Shown here one piece after another: positions 1 through 9,277 of a DNA stretch of 64,000 bases. The DNA comes from a virus. The notes under the pieces were generated by a model. That model worked only from the letters and a program-made list of their open reading frames with translations. It searched no databases and was not told the origin of the DNA. The translations under genes were made by a program, and so were the position numbers. Every line of letters begins with the position of its first letter. The stretch's first letter is position 1. The DNA lies in the IMG/VR virus record IMGVR_UViG_3300019458_000002, positions 1 through 64,000 of that record; one strand, given 5' to 3'.

Positions 1-2303
1 CCAAGGGGTCCAGTACCAGTTCCTTCCAGGTCTTTGAAGTCACCCCTATTTGCTCTGCCAAGTCTAATAAGACCAAGACCAGCCTCCATGCCAACGCCTC
101 TGCCTGCTCTAATACTTGCTCCACCACCGAGAGCACCAGCCATGCTAGCTTTATTTTCAAAGCCAAGTTCTTTCCAACTTTCTAGGGAATCATATCCTCT
201 TTCTTTGAAAGCCTCTATTGCCTTTCCCATAGGAGTTGCTTTCGCAGATGGTGTCATTGCTAGGCCATGGAAAATTCCACCAGCAATTTTGTTGGTAGCT
301 TGCCTAAATGACTCCTTAGTGATTCCTGCTTTTGCAAATCTTGCGGGCAATATATATTCGGGATTTTCGTCCATTGCCCTCATAATTGCCATCTTCTCTG
401 CTTCAGAGGTTTTTGCGTATGCAGAGATTGCAAGGTTGTTATCTCCGAATGCGCTGACCATCGCCGCCTGATTAAGGGCGTCGTTTAGGTTATCCATTTT
501 GCCGCCAGCATAAACGTCAGCAAGCATCATTCCCTTGCCTAGCTGTCTAGCAATGGTTAGGTCAGTGGCTGCGTTTCCGGTAGCAGATGCTCCTGCCATG
601 GTTCTGGTAAATCCACCCCACACCTCAGCACCAGCTGCTCCTAAGTTTGGAGCAGCTTCAATTTGCATTGAAATCTGGTTACTAAGTGCATTTGCAGCTG
701 CTGTTCCTAATCCACCTCTTCCTGTAATAGACTTTGCAATCCCATACATTGTACCGGGGTCTCCACCGGCTCCCATAAAGGCCTGCATCAAACCAGGTGT
801 ACCAGTAAATCCACCCGCCGCCCTATCAGATAGGCCTTCTGCAAATTTAGCATATCGACCGCCCATGCTCTGAATCAACGAAGCTCTACCTGACATCAAT
901 TCACTTATAGACATGCCTTTTGCTTCAAGACGTCCAGCTAATGCAGTCCCTGCTTCCATCTGCCTTCCGCTTATAGTTACGGTTCTGCCAAAACCCCCAT
1001 AACCTCCCGCGCGTGCCATGGCTGCTCTTCCAGCAGCTTCAGCGCTTGTTCTCTGAAATGCCTCAACCATTCTAGGGCTGGTTGCCATCTGAGCTTCCAT
1101 AGCCTTTGCATTTGCAGCTTGCTGGTCTTCGGCCATTTTTTGATTAAGGGCTGCTCTACTTGTTTTGTAAATTCTTTCTTTTTCTGTTTCAGTTATTCCT
1201 GCCGCAGCATTTTCACCACCTACAGCTTCACGAGCTTGAAGAATTGCATGTTTCGTCTCTTCTGAGACGGTACTCCAGATATCCCCAAACTTTCCTGTTT
1301 CTGAAGCATAGCCCGCCTTCATCTTCAGAATGCGGTCCATGTCTGCTACATTTTTTTCACTGTATAGCGCTTGAATGGGCTTTAGTAATTCTTGCTGGCC
1401 TTGGATGGCATAGGCTAGAGCATAGTTACCTTTTTGAATTGAGCGACCCTGCTGAGTCAATCCAGCGAAGGAGGCTCTTTGATTCATTGCAAACCAAGCG
1501 GACTTTTGTCTAAAGTCATTGCCCTGCATTTCTTCTGAGTTAACCCATCCCGTAAACTTATCAGCCATTGCAAGGCCACCTACAACTGCACCACCATAAC
1601 CCGCCCCCGGAACACCAGCCCTCATTGCTCTGCCTATAATACCCTGGCCAAGATATTGGCCAAGCATGTCACCGCCAATCTGATTTATCATGCCTCTGAG
1701 TGGTGACATAGCTGGTGCTGGTGCAATTGGAGGCATCGTAGGTGTCGCAGGCGATGGCATACCTGGAGAAGCGGTTTGCATTTGAGGACCCATACCTAAT
1801 AAAGTTCCGGTTGGCCCTCTTCCTCCAAACCCACCTCCACCACCGAATCCACCTCCACCTAAATTTATCCCGCCTATATTACCTGCAGCACCACGTAGAG
1901 AAGTAAGGGCTGTGTTTAGTTTTTGTACGCTATCTGTCAGCGTATTTATACTTACAGTTCCCTGGTCACTAAATGTCTTTAGACCATCAGAGATGTCTTT
2001 AAAAATTTGCTTGCTACCAAAAATAGCGCCTTTGATACTAGTAATGCCACTGGCAATGCCACCGAAAATTCCACCAATACCTCTAGAGACGGCTCCCTGT
2101 GGACCACCCAGACCTGGAATGCTGATATTGTTGTTTGCGACTTTAACACCACCACCACCTACTCCACCCAATACCTGGGTTGCTCGCTGAGCATTCTCTA
2201 TGAGTTTAGTGACTTCAGAGTTAATGCCCTCAATTAGTCGCTTTGCATTAGCAGCTGAATTTTGGTCAACTATAATGCTGATTTTAATATTTTTATCAGC
2301 CAT
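1..2303 (-). CDS. Large Gly/Ala/Met-rich virion protein, tape-measure-like (N-terminal part only; C-terminus lies left of the window)
   Basis: Absent from the ORF track because no stop is in-window. ATG at 2303-2301 (MADKNIKISIIVDQ...) stays open to base 3 (about 767 codons; frame hand-checked at 1500-1550 and 3-56). Contains poly-Gly runs (GGGGFGGGGGFGG). Follows two small genes, as in chaperone-TMP layouts. Confidence 0.6.
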   Translation of the reverse strand, partial: MADKNIKISIIVDQNSAANAKRLIEGINSEVTKLIENAQRATQVLGGVGGGGVKVANNNISIPGLGGPQGAVSRGIGGIFGGIASGITSIKGAIFGSKQIFKDISDGLKTFSDQGTVSINTLTDSVQKLNTALTSLRGAAGNIGGINLGGGGFGGGGGFGGRGPTGTLLGMGPQMQTASPGMPSPATPTMPPIAPAPAMSPLRGMINQIGGDMLGQYLGQGIIGRAMRAGVPGAGYGGAVVGGLAMADKFTGWVNSEEMQGNDFRQKSAWFAMNQRASFAGLTQQGRSIQKGNYALAYAIQGQQELLKPIQALYSEKNVADMDRILKMKAGYASETGKFGDIWSTVSEETKHAILQAREAVGGENAAAGITETEKERIYKTSRAALNQKMAEDQQAANAKAMEAQMATSPRMVEAFQRTSAEAAGRAAMARAGGYGGFGRTVTISGRQMEAGTALAGRLEAKGMSISELMSGRASLIQSMGGRYAKFAEGLSDRAAGGFTGTPGLMQAFMGAGGDPGTMYGIAKSITGRGGLGTAAANALSNQISMQIEAAPNLGAAGAEVWGGFTRTMAGASATGNAATDLTIARQLGKGMMLADVYAGGKMDNLNDALNQAAMVSAFGDNNLAISAYAKTSEAEKMAIMRAMDENPEYILPARFAKAGITKESFRQATNKIAGGIFHGLAMTPSAKATPMGKAIEAFKERGYDSLESWKELGFENKASMAGALGGGASIRAGRGVGMEAGLGLIRLGRANRGDFKDLEGTGTGPL

Positions 2304-2312
2304 CTTACTGAG

Positions 2313-2930
2313 TTATAGATTGCTGTCAGGGTCCGACTTTTTCAACATGCTAAATAGCATTGGGTCCATATCTAAAGGCAGTTCCTCGTCATCAGATAGA
2401 AACTGCATACTGATTTCTGGTTCTACATTGGGCGAGGGCAGGATAGGTTCTCGCATTTTAAATGGTCTTTCTAGAGGAAGTATGGTTGAACCTTTTTTGT
2501 CCCCAGATACAACAGAAGACAAATCAATAAGCTGTTCAGAAAGCTGTTCAGTTACCTGACCCAGACCTGGGAGCTTGCTAATGTGTTTCTTTTCTGTCTT
2601 GAAAAGATTCTCCATCATCTCCTTCTTACTCATGAGGTCTGCTTGAACCGCAGCTTCTTCATCTTCTTGGCGCAAACGAGAAGCTTTCTCTTCTTCTGTT
2701 TCCAGGAGAGAGGCTTTTTCCATGTCAAGCTCAGGCTCCTTCATCTCCTCGTACTTAGATTCATAGTACGCAGTGAGAACATCCTCTAGAGGTAATTCCT
2801 CTACTAGGTGTAGGGGCGTAGCGAAGGTCTTTGAATACCAACGAAAGATATACCGGAGAATATATTCTGTATCGTCTCCGCTGAGAACATCGCTTAACGC
2901 ATTTAAGCGTATAGCGGTATATAGGTCCAT
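2313..2930 (-). CDS. Acidic protein, possible tail assembly chaperone
   Basis: 205-aa Glu/Asp-rich ORF. ATG overlaps the stop of 2930..3316 (TAATG) and the ORF ends 10 nt before the TMP-like gene. The chaperone idea rests on position only. Confidence 0.5.
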   Translation of the reverse strand: MDLYTAIRLNALSDVLSGDDTEYILRYIFRWYSKTFATPLHLVEELPLEDVLTAYYESKYEEMKEPELDMEKASLLETEEEKASRLRQEDEEAAVQADLMSKKEMMENLFKTEKKHISKLPGLGQVTEQLSEQLIDLSSVVSGDKKGSTILPLERPFKMREPILPSPNVEPEISMQFLSDDEELPLDMDPMLFSMLKKSDPDSNL

Positions 2931-3316
2931 TACTCTTTCTTGAGTTTTTCCGTGGCCTTTTCTGCTTTGCCCTTCAGTTCTTCCTTAGCGGCTTTTTCAG
3001 CTTCCATGGCCTTACTGTAAATGTCTACGACTACATCAAGGTCTTCAAGGTCTAGGCCACCATTACTAGAAACCCACCATGAAGGTGGTTCACCAACAAT
3101 ACGGACCCCTAGCTCTGAAAAAATGGTTGCAAGCTGGCTAACGTACTTGCTAGGCTCGCCTGGTTGCTTGCCGATGAAGTCACGATACAGCTGGTCCCTG
3201 ATTAATGCGTCGCGATGGGAAAACCGTGTTTTAACTTTAAATGCACCGCTCCATTTTTCACCCGTAGTTTCTCCCACTACCGATATAGTAAAGCTTGACT
3301 CGTACTTGTTCGCCAT
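2930..3316 (-). CDS. Hypothetical protein, possible tail assembly chaperone
   Basis: 128-aa ORF and first gene of the leftward block. Lys/Glu-rich C-terminal helix (EAEKAAKEELKGKAEKATEKLKKE). Function inferred from position only. Confidence 0.5.
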   Translation of the reverse strand: MANKYESSFTISVVGETTGEKWSGAFKVKTRFSHRDALIRDQLYRDFIGKQPGEPSKYVSQLATIFSELGVRIVGEPPSWWVSSNGGLDLEDLDVVVDIYSKAMEAEKAAKEELKGKAEKATEKLKKE

Positions 3317-3346
3317 GATATAATCCTCTATCCCTTATAGCCTAAA

Positions 3347-3357
3347 TGATTGTTGCT
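3347..3357 (-). promoter_or_regulatory. AACAATC motif upstream of a structural gene (candidate late-promoter element)
   Basis: Plus strand TGATTGTTGCT (minus AGCAACAATCA), 31-41 nt upstream of the start at 3316. One of four near-identical copies (see 29186, 31100, 37638). Confidence 0.3.
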
Positions 3358-3377
3358 CTGTTTCACTCTTTTGTCCC

Positions 3378-3405
3378 TTGACTTAAGATTCAAGGCTGTT
3401 ATCAT
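3378..3405 (+). promoter_or_regulatory. Sigma70-like promoter abutting the ATG of 3412..3870 (leaderless layout)
   Basis: TTGACT (3378-3383), 16-nt spacer, TATCAT (3400-3405), then 6 nt before ATG at 3412. No Shine-Dalgarno site. Confidence 0.5.
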
Positions 3406-3411
3406 TAGTTC

Positions 3412-3870
3412 ATGATGAACTTCTGTCCATACTGTGGAGACCGAATGAAGTTGGTTCAAATGGTCTACGAAAAATCTAATGTCGCTGGTATGGTTGTGGG
3501 TATGACCACTGAGGGCGTGGGTGGTGGCATTACAATGCAAATGAATGCAGTTGGGCATGCTTGTAGACCACCCAACATCATTGCTCAGGATTTTCCATTT
3601 TTGTGTGTAGCCATTGGTATGTTTGGAGTTTCCGCTCTCTCGCTTGCTCTAGGAGGACAACTAAGTCAGGCCAGCACCGTTTTGATGATGGGCCTCGGAT
3701 TTGTGTCTCTTGCACTTTATATCAAGGTTCCAAAGTATTCTAAAAAGGCCCTTGCAAGATATGAAGCTTGGGCCAGGCTTTCTTTGTGTGAAAGCTGTGG
3801 AGCAGTCGGAACCCCCGACAAAAAGACCCTTCATGTTTCCAACATTCAAGACTACCTGAGGAGCCTATGA
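3412..3870 (+). CDS. Membrane protein with N-terminal zinc ribbon
   Basis: 152 aa. CPYCGDRM near the N-terminus, followed by hydrophobic segments (FLCVAIGMFGVSALSLALGG; LMMGLGFVSLALYI) and a C-terminal CESCG. Confidence 0.6.
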   Translation: MMNFCPYCGDRMKLVQMVYEKSNVAGMVVGMTTEGVGGGITMQMNAVGHACRPPNIIAQDFPFLCVAIGMFGVSALSLALGGQLSQASTVLMMGLGFVSLALYIKVPKYSKKALARYEAWARLSLCESCGAVGTPDKKTLHVSNIQDYLRSL

Positions 3871-4061
3871 CCGATATAAACAAGCTCATTGACGGAATCG
3901 TAAATTCTATGGACGAAGAAGACCTAGAGTATCTTGCTATCAGGGTGAATGCTCGACTCTCTTTATCAACAGAGAAAGAATGCGTTGATTATGAAATTTT
4001 TTGTACATGCGGGCACTCATGGTGTCCCGCCTGCAAATTCTTTGGCCTAAAAGTCTATTGA
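3867..4061 (+). CDS. Small Cys-rich hypothetical protein
   Basis: 64 aa. ATGA overlap with the upstream stop. Contains CTCGHSWCPAC. Confidence 0.5.
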   Translation: MTDINKLIDGIVNSMDEEDLEYLAIRVNARLSLSTEKECVDYEIFCTCGHSWCPACKFFGLKVY

Positions 4062-4086
4062 CTTTCTTACTAAACTTAGTTATAGT
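4058..4086 (+). promoter_or_regulatory. Sigma70-like promoter
   Basis: TTGACT (4058-4063), 17-nt spacer, TATAGT (4081-4086). A hairpin AGCCCG-N9-CGGGCT lies in the leader. Confidence 0.55.
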
Positions 4087-4167
4087 TGAGGCTAGGACGT
4101 AGTGTCCAGCCCGTCGTGGTTTCGGGCTTATTACAAATCACGAAGTTCGTCGAAAGGAACGCTCGAA

Positions 4168-4770
4168 ATGGTAAATATACCTAAGATTGCAAAATTCAAA
4201 ACAGTTAAAACCTCTACAGGAAGCGATAGAGTAAAGATTTATCTTCCATATATGCCATGGAATTTTGGCAAAATATTCCCAGATGCTGTCTGGAACAAAG
4301 CCCCAGAAAAGTCTTGGGATGTAGACCTTAACATGAAGCCAGTTGTTGAAAAATTCCTAAAGGACCAGGGTTTCCATATTCTCCAGGACGAGGCACCGCT
4401 TGTCAAGAGTCCTGCTAAGGTTTCTACACCCATTGCGCCTGTCTCTGTTGTTGTCCCACCAAAAACAGTTCGTTTTTCATGGAAAAATAACCCTACAGCT
4501 AATTCCTTTCTAACAAAGGTAGCCCAGAATCTTGTTCCGCTATTTGACTACACCCCATCAGAAGAATTGGGTAAGGCCTTTTTAATTAGCTTCAATACAG
4601 AAACAAAAATGTCAGTACGACCAGGCCCGATTGCATCTGAACTTCATCGTCTTGCGAAGGAACTTGAAGAGGACCATAAGGGATGGAATAAAAACAAAGA
4701 TAACCTTGTCCTTGCAAGGCTTTTTAGAGTTTCTGCACAGGCATTGGCTTTACACAAAGACTCTGTCTAA
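4168..4770 (+). CDS. Hypothetical protein
   Basis: The ORF track starts at GTG 4102. I prefer the in-frame ATG at 4168 (MVNIPKIAKF...), preceded by AAGGAA. Confidence 0.55.
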   Translation: MVNIPKIAKFKTVKTSTGSDRVKIYLPYMPWNFGKIFPDAVWNKAPEKSWDVDLNMKPVVEKFLKDQGFHILQDEAPLVKSPAKVSTPIAPVSVVVPPKTVRFSWKNNPTANSFLTKVAQNLVPLFDYTPSEELGKAFLISFNTETKMSVRPGPIASELHRLAKELEEDHKGWNKNKDNLVLARLFRVSAQALALHKDSV

Positions 4771-4772
4771 TT

Positions 4773-5210
4773 ATGATATACGCTGAAGTTGGGACCTGGG
4801 AAGAGATGGCAATGGATGTGTGTGCCACCCTTACAAAAGGTGAAACAATCATAGGTCCCAACTTCAGCGTGTGCGCCTTTGATAAACCTAAAGACAGTAT
4901 TATAACACGAGGCACAGTAGACCTGGAGGACGGGCTCTACTGGATTGTTATTGACAATACAAATACAGTAACAGTATACATTGCCCATGACGCATGGAAT
5001 GCAGCAAATTTCTGGCACAAATTTGAAACCGGGGAAATGAAAGCCTTCGAGCAGACAATGGTTTGTCCTACCGACAAGCAACTTGCCGAAATAGACACGC
5101 ATTACTCAATGCAATATTACAAGCCAATGCTTGACAAGTGGTTGCTACAGGTGAGAAAGAAAGAACGGTTCCGCAGAGAAGCTAAAGCTAAAGAAGTCAA
5201 GAAAATTTAG
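4773..5210 (+). CDS. Hypothetical protein
   Basis: 145 aa, 2-nt gap from the upstream gene. Basic C-terminal tail (RKKERFRREAKAKEVKKI). Confidence 0.55.
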   Translation: MIYAEVGTWEEMAMDVCATLTKGETIIGPNFSVCAFDKPKDSIITRGTVDLEDGLYWIVIDNTNTVTVYIAHDAWNAANFWHKFETGEMKAFEQTMVCPTDKQLAEIDTHYSMQYYKPMLDKWLLQVRKKERFRREAKAKEVKKI

Positions 5211-5239
5211 CTATTACTCTGTAAAGGAATCCGAACTTT

Positions 5240-5425
5240 ATGAAAGTATTCAACCCTGAATTCAAGGCACCGTTTTGTTTTCTGCCCAATTGGGCGCTTC
5301 GCACAGCTATCATTGTTTTTGCTCCGGTAACGGCAGTGGTCTACGCTGGCTTCTATGCAGTCATGGGACTGGTGGAGCTTGCGGAAGAATATAAGGCAAT
5401 CTGGAAGACCACATCGAAGGAGTAA
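5240..5425 (+). CDS. Small membrane protein
   Basis: 61 aa with a hydrophobic core (ALRTAIIVFAPVTAVVYAGFYAVMGLV). Confidence 0.5.
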   Translation: MKVFNPEFKAPFCFLPNWALRTAIIVFAPVTAVVYAGFYAVMGLVELAEEYKAIWKTTSKE

Positions 5426-5428
5426 CCA

Positions 5429-6421
5429 ATGACAAAAGACGAACTAATTAAGAAGCTAACTGATTGGAAGGTAACAAACACCAAGGCCTACGACATTCTA
5501 GTCTCTGGAGTAGAGGACGCAAAGGTCCAAATCCTAAACGATGTCGTAAACCTTAGGAATACACTTATAGATGAGTGCGATAGTCTAGAGGTCAACGTCA
5601 AGACAGATACAGATGGCCTAAAGAATGCCATTCTGACTCAGAAGAATCTTTCGACTTCATCTCTAGAAACCCTAATTGCAGCTGCATCGGTCCCTGACCC
5701 CGTTGTAATTCCTCCTCCACCTCCCGTTGTTCAGGACAAGGCAGGAATCCTAGTTCCCGCTTACTTCTATCCAGGAGGTACAGGACTTACATATTGGAAT
5801 CAGGTTATTGCTGCTGCAAGCAAGGTGCCAATTTTTGCTGTTGCAAACCCTGGAAATGGACCAGGCACAAGTGTCAATGCTCAGTACACAGACGTTATCA
5901 AGCGAACAATTGCAGCTGGCGGCAAGATTCTAGGATATGTTTCAACAGTTTATGGAACTCGCCCATTAGCCGACATTCAAGCCGACATACTCAAGTGGAA
6001 GTCGTATTACGGAGTAATTAATATTTTCCTTGATGAACAGTCAAACAAGCTTGAACACGTTGCGTTTTACAGGGACCTAATCAAGTGGATTAAGACTCAG
6101 AGCCCTGGTGCGTATGTCGTTACAAACCCTGGCACAATTTGCCCTCAGGAGTATTATACGCAGGCTGCCCCAGACTCCATTCTTATCTCTGAAATGGCTG
6201 GGAATATTCTGGCTTTGCCCACATGGGCCAAGGATGCCCCCGACAAGTACTTTACAGGCATCTGCTATGCAACAGATGTTACTAAGGCGCTATCCCTTGC
6301 AAGTAGCATGAGAGCTATGGGAATCGGTCTCATCTATGTTACTGGAGACACCCTTTCAAACCCATGGGATACTCTTCCAACTTATTGGTTGCAATTGGTC
6401 GATGCAGTTGCTAAAGTATAA
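5429..6421 (+). CDS. Spherulin-4 / GH135-like putative glycoside hydrolase with N-terminal helical region
   Basis: AGGAG lies before the ATG. After a PPPPP linker, the C-terminal 230 aa reads LVPAYFYPGG...W..V...VANPGNGPG...GYVSTVYGTR...GVINIFLDEQ. I recognise this as the spherulation-specific family 4 pattern. Confidence 0.5.
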   Translation: MTKDELIKKLTDWKVTNTKAYDILVSGVEDAKVQILNDVVNLRNTLIDECDSLEVNVKTDTDGLKNAILTQKNLSTSSLETLIAAASVPDPVVIPPPPPVVQDKAGILVPAYFYPGGTGLTYWNQVIAAASKVPIFAVANPGNGPGTSVNAQYTDVIKRTIAAGGKILGYVSTVYGTRPLADIQADILKWKSYYGVINIFLDEQSNKLEHVAFYRDLIKWIKTQSPGAYVVTNPGTICPQEYYTQAAPDSILISEMAGNILALPTWAKDAPDKYFTGICYATDVTKALSLASSMRAMGIGLIYVTGDTLSNPWDTLPTYWLQLVDAVAKV

Positions 6422-6437
6422 ACCATAGGAGGCTGCT

Positions 6438-6845
6438 ATGGAACTGGACAAGGAGACTGAGAAGTTTTACCGGGAATCTCTTGGAAATGCCGCAAAGCGC
6501 ATTTCTAAGTACCTCAAGAAGAACGGGGACCTGCGACGATTTAAGCCGTTCACCGTGTTCACAAACATTTATTCTTCTTTGCCCGTGGAGCCTTCTGACA
6601 TCGTTGGACACCTCTTTGTTGAGGCCTTCGAAGATGTCAATGTGGCATTGTATGCTTATGTGGAAATTGAAAAGCATATGGTCCTTGGAAAGCTTCCTCA
6701 GTCCATCCTGGACGACCTGTCTGGATTGAATGATGCCAAGTTCGTTAAGAATCGGCGTAGGTCTTACATCAAGCTGTTGCGTGAGTTTTCGGATTGGGCT
6801 CTTGAAGAGGGTCAGTTTGACCCGAAGCACTATGTAGAGGAATGA
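6438..6845 (+). CDS. Hypothetical protein
   Basis: 135 aa. GGAGG lies 7 nt before the ATG. Confidence 0.55.
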   Translation: MELDKETEKFYRESLGNAAKRISKYLKKNGDLRRFKPFTVFTNIYSSLPVEPSDIVGHLFVEAFEDVNVALYAYVEIEKHMVLGKLPQSILDDLSGLNDAKFVKNRRRSYIKLLREFSDWALEEGQFDPKHYVEE

Positions 6846-6848
6846 TTA

Positions 6849-7055
6849 ATGAGGGTTACTATTTGGGACTGGGCATACGAAGCTAAAGAAACGCTAAGAG
6901 CACTTGGGTATGAACATGGCCAGCAAATTGAAGACTGCAACCCATTTGATGTTGCTGAGAACATTTTTAGTGCTGGCTTAAATGTAATGGTCTTTCACAC
7001 ACCTGAAGATGTGGTTGTAGCGGCTGACACAAAACGGTTTGGTTCAAGGGGTTGA
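6849..7055 (+). CDS. Hypothetical protein
   Basis: 68 aa, tightly packed after 6845. Confidence 0.5.
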   Translation: MRVTIWDWAYEAKETLRALGYEHGQQIEDCNPFDVAENIFSAGLNVMVFHTPEDVVVAADTKRFGSRG

Positions 7056-7236
7056 CTAGGGTCTATAATAGAATAGCGGCAGCGTAACTATCGCTGCTCC
7101 AGTATAGCTAAGCTGGGACCAAACATAGTTAGAGGTACGTCAGTGGGCCGGTTGAGTATCGGGCGCCTCAAAATGGCGTGAAACTTGGTGCGAATCCATC
7201 CTCTAAAATTAAAGCACTGACACCAGAAGAAATACA

Positions 7237-8340
7237 ATGGCACTTAAAGTACAAGAATTCCTCCGTAATGGAGGAACTTTAGAGCAGCTGGAGTCCCAGT
7301 ATGGGATTGTTGCCAAACGAGGCAAGTATCTGTGGCTTGTACTTCTAAAGTACGACATTGGCTCGCCCATGGGCGAAGAGATTGTACAGGAGTGTCGGGG
7401 GCTCATCCTTGATTCTGTCCGTAACTGGGACATCGTTTCATTCCCCTATAAGAAGTTCTTCAATCATGGGGAAGGGCATGCTGCTAAAATTGACTGGAAC
7501 ACTGCCAAAGTCTTTGAAAAGCTGGACGGAAGCCTATGTACGCTGTACTGGCACCAAAATGAATGGCATGTTTCGACCTCAGGAACTCCTGATGCCAACT
7601 GTCTAATTAACTACACAGAAAAGACATTTGCCATGCTTTTTTGGGAAGCCTGGGAGAAGATGGGTTACTGCAATCCAGACAACCTTCTTCGTGACCACTG
7701 CTATATGTTTGAGCTTTGTGCCAAAGAGAATCAGGTTGTAGTTCAGCACGATGAACTGCGTCTAGTTCTACATGGCATTAGAGAAATAGGACCAGAAAGC
7801 TGTTACTTAGAGATACCTATCGAAGGGTATTCTAACGTTTTTGAGCTAGCACAGACTTACTCTCTTACTTCCATGAAAGAGTGCCTTGATGCTGCAGAGC
7901 AATTTAATCCGATTCAGCATGAAGGGTTTGTTGTAGTCGATGGGAATTTCAACAGAGTTAAGGTGAAGGGCCTTAAATATGTGGCCCTGCACCACTTACG
8001 CTCTGACTTTAGTGAGCGTCGCATATTGGACCTTGTCCGCTTGGGCGAAGTTCCTGAAGTAGTGTCTTATTTCCCTGAAATGGGAGATAAGATTCAGGAA
8101 ATCAAAGGTAAGTACGAGCGAATCATTGAGGAGTGCGCATCTGAGTTTGAGCGTGCTTCAAAGGAAGCTGCATTCTCTATCACGGACGACTACAAAGTGC
8201 GCCGAAAGAAGTTTGCTGCAATTGCTGGGAAAAGCAAGTACCGCAGTGTACTCTTTGCAAAATACGATAACAGGGATATCAAGGATTTTGTTGACAACTT
8301 GCAAGTTGATGGTATACTGAACTGGATAAGGGATATGTAA
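7237..8340 (+). CDS. ATP-dependent RNA ligase (Rnl1/tRNA-ligase-like adenylyltransferase)
   Basis: 367 aa. Covalent nucleotidyltransferase motifs: I FEKLDGSL, IV HEGFVVVD, V RVKVKG. Confidence 0.7.
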   Translation: MALKVQEFLRNGGTLEQLESQYGIVAKRGKYLWLVLLKYDIGSPMGEEIVQECRGLILDSVRNWDIVSFPYKKFFNHGEGHAAKIDWNTAKVFEKLDGSLCTLYWHQNEWHVSTSGTPDANCLINYTEKTFAMLFWEAWEKMGYCNPDNLLRDHCYMFELCAKENQVVVQHDELRLVLHGIREIGPESCYLEIPIEGYSNVFELAQTYSLTSMKECLDAAEQFNPIQHEGFVVVDGNFNRVKVKGLKYVALHHLRSDFSERRILDLVRLGEVPEVVSYFPEMGDKIQEIKGKYERIIEECASEFERASKEAAFSITDDYKVRRKKFAAIAGKSKYRSVLFAKYDNRDIKDFVDNLQVDGILNWIRDM

Positions 8341-8343
8341 ATT

Positions 8344-8625
8344 ATGACCTCTAAAGATTTTTGTTACTGGTTACAGGGTTTCTTTGAATTGAGCGGAGGA
8401 GAAAAGCCGCTGACAGCACCACAGGTTAAGCAAATCAAGGCTCACCTCAACATGGTCTTCAAGCATGAAATTGACCCGTCATATGGAGATAAAGTCCATC
8501 AGGCCACTCTTCAAGAAATTCACGATGCCATTACAAAGAAAATAGAAGAGGCTCCAAAGCCCCCTAAGAAAGACCAGCCAGATTTTAAACATCCGTTTGA
8601 CCACGATATTCTAATTAGATGCTAA
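8344..8625 (+). CDS. Hypothetical protein
   Basis: 93 aa (FCYWLQGFFELSGG...), same-strand packing. Confidence 0.55.
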   Translation: MTSKDFCYWLQGFFELSGGEKPLTAPQVKQIKAHLNMVFKHEIDPSYGDKVHQATLQEIHDAITKKIEEAPKPPKKDQPDFKHPFDHDILIRC

Positions 8626-8636
8626 AGGAGAAACTA

Positions 8637-8864
8637 ATGGAAAAGAAAACTGCCGCAGAGGCCGCTGGTTCATTGCTAGGACTTATTTTTATGTCTCTTA
8701 TTTGGGCATTAGCTTTCAAGCTGGACGTAGAATTCTGGACTAATCATCTTGGACACTTCAGGCACGTCTCTATCCTTCCTGCGCTTCTAGCTGGTTTCCT
8801 TTTGCCTGGCAAGGTAATGTACTCGGCCTCAGCATTTACGCTGTGCTATTGGCTACTGACGTAG
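8637..8864 (+). CDS. Small membrane protein
   Basis: I prefer ATG 8637 (AAGGAG 7 nt upstream) over the track start at 8619. Two hydrophobic segments. Confidence 0.5.
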   Translation: MEKKTAAEAAGSLLGLIFMSLIWALAFKLDVEFWTNHLGHFRHVSILPALLAGFLLPGKVMYSASAFTLCYWLLT

Positions 8865-8871
8865 GTCTGCT

Positions 8872-9276
8872 ATGCCAGATAAATATAGTGCCCTGTCCTT
8901 CCGAATGAAGGGCAGATATGGGAAGGCTGTAGGTTGTGGAGCCTCACGTCGAGCCTTCAGGCACAAGAACATAATCATAAAGGTTCCTGTAAATGAAGCA
9001 GGAGTTTGGGATAACCAAAAAGAGGCGAGGGTCTATAGGGATTTTAAAAAGGGCTTAAAGCCATTTTATGTCCCTGCAGCATGCAAACTCATAGTTGACA
9101 AACAGTCTGGATTGCCCATATTATTCATGGAAAGACTTATTCCATTCAGGAGAACCTGGAACATAAGTAGGCTACCAGAATGGGTTAACGACCTTTGTGA
9201 TGCAGGACTCGATTTCTTTCAAGTAGGAAAGTCCTTAACTGGCGAAATTAAGTGCTACGATTACGCAATGGAATAG
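8872..9276 (+). CDS. Hypothetical protein (weak resemblance to a protein-kinase N-lobe)
   Basis: 134 aa. GCGASRRAF, IIIKV, QKEARVY and LFMERL are spaced like the G-loop, VAIK, helix-C Glu and hinge. No HRD/DFG motif, so the function is left open. Confidence 0.45.
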   Translation: MPDKYSALSFRMKGRYGKAVGCGASRRAFRHKNIIIKVPVNEAGVWDNQKEARVYRDFKKGLKPFYVPAACKLIVDKQSGLPILFMERLIPFRRTWNISRLPEWVNDLCDAGLDFFQVGKSLTGEIKCYDYAME

Positions 9277-9277
9277 T

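Noticed and set aside
7052-7069. TTGACT and TATAAT hexamers suggesting a promoter
   Set aside because: They are only 6 nt apart, so they cannot form a sigma70 -35/-10 pair. TATAAT alone is noted in the tRNA-like finding.
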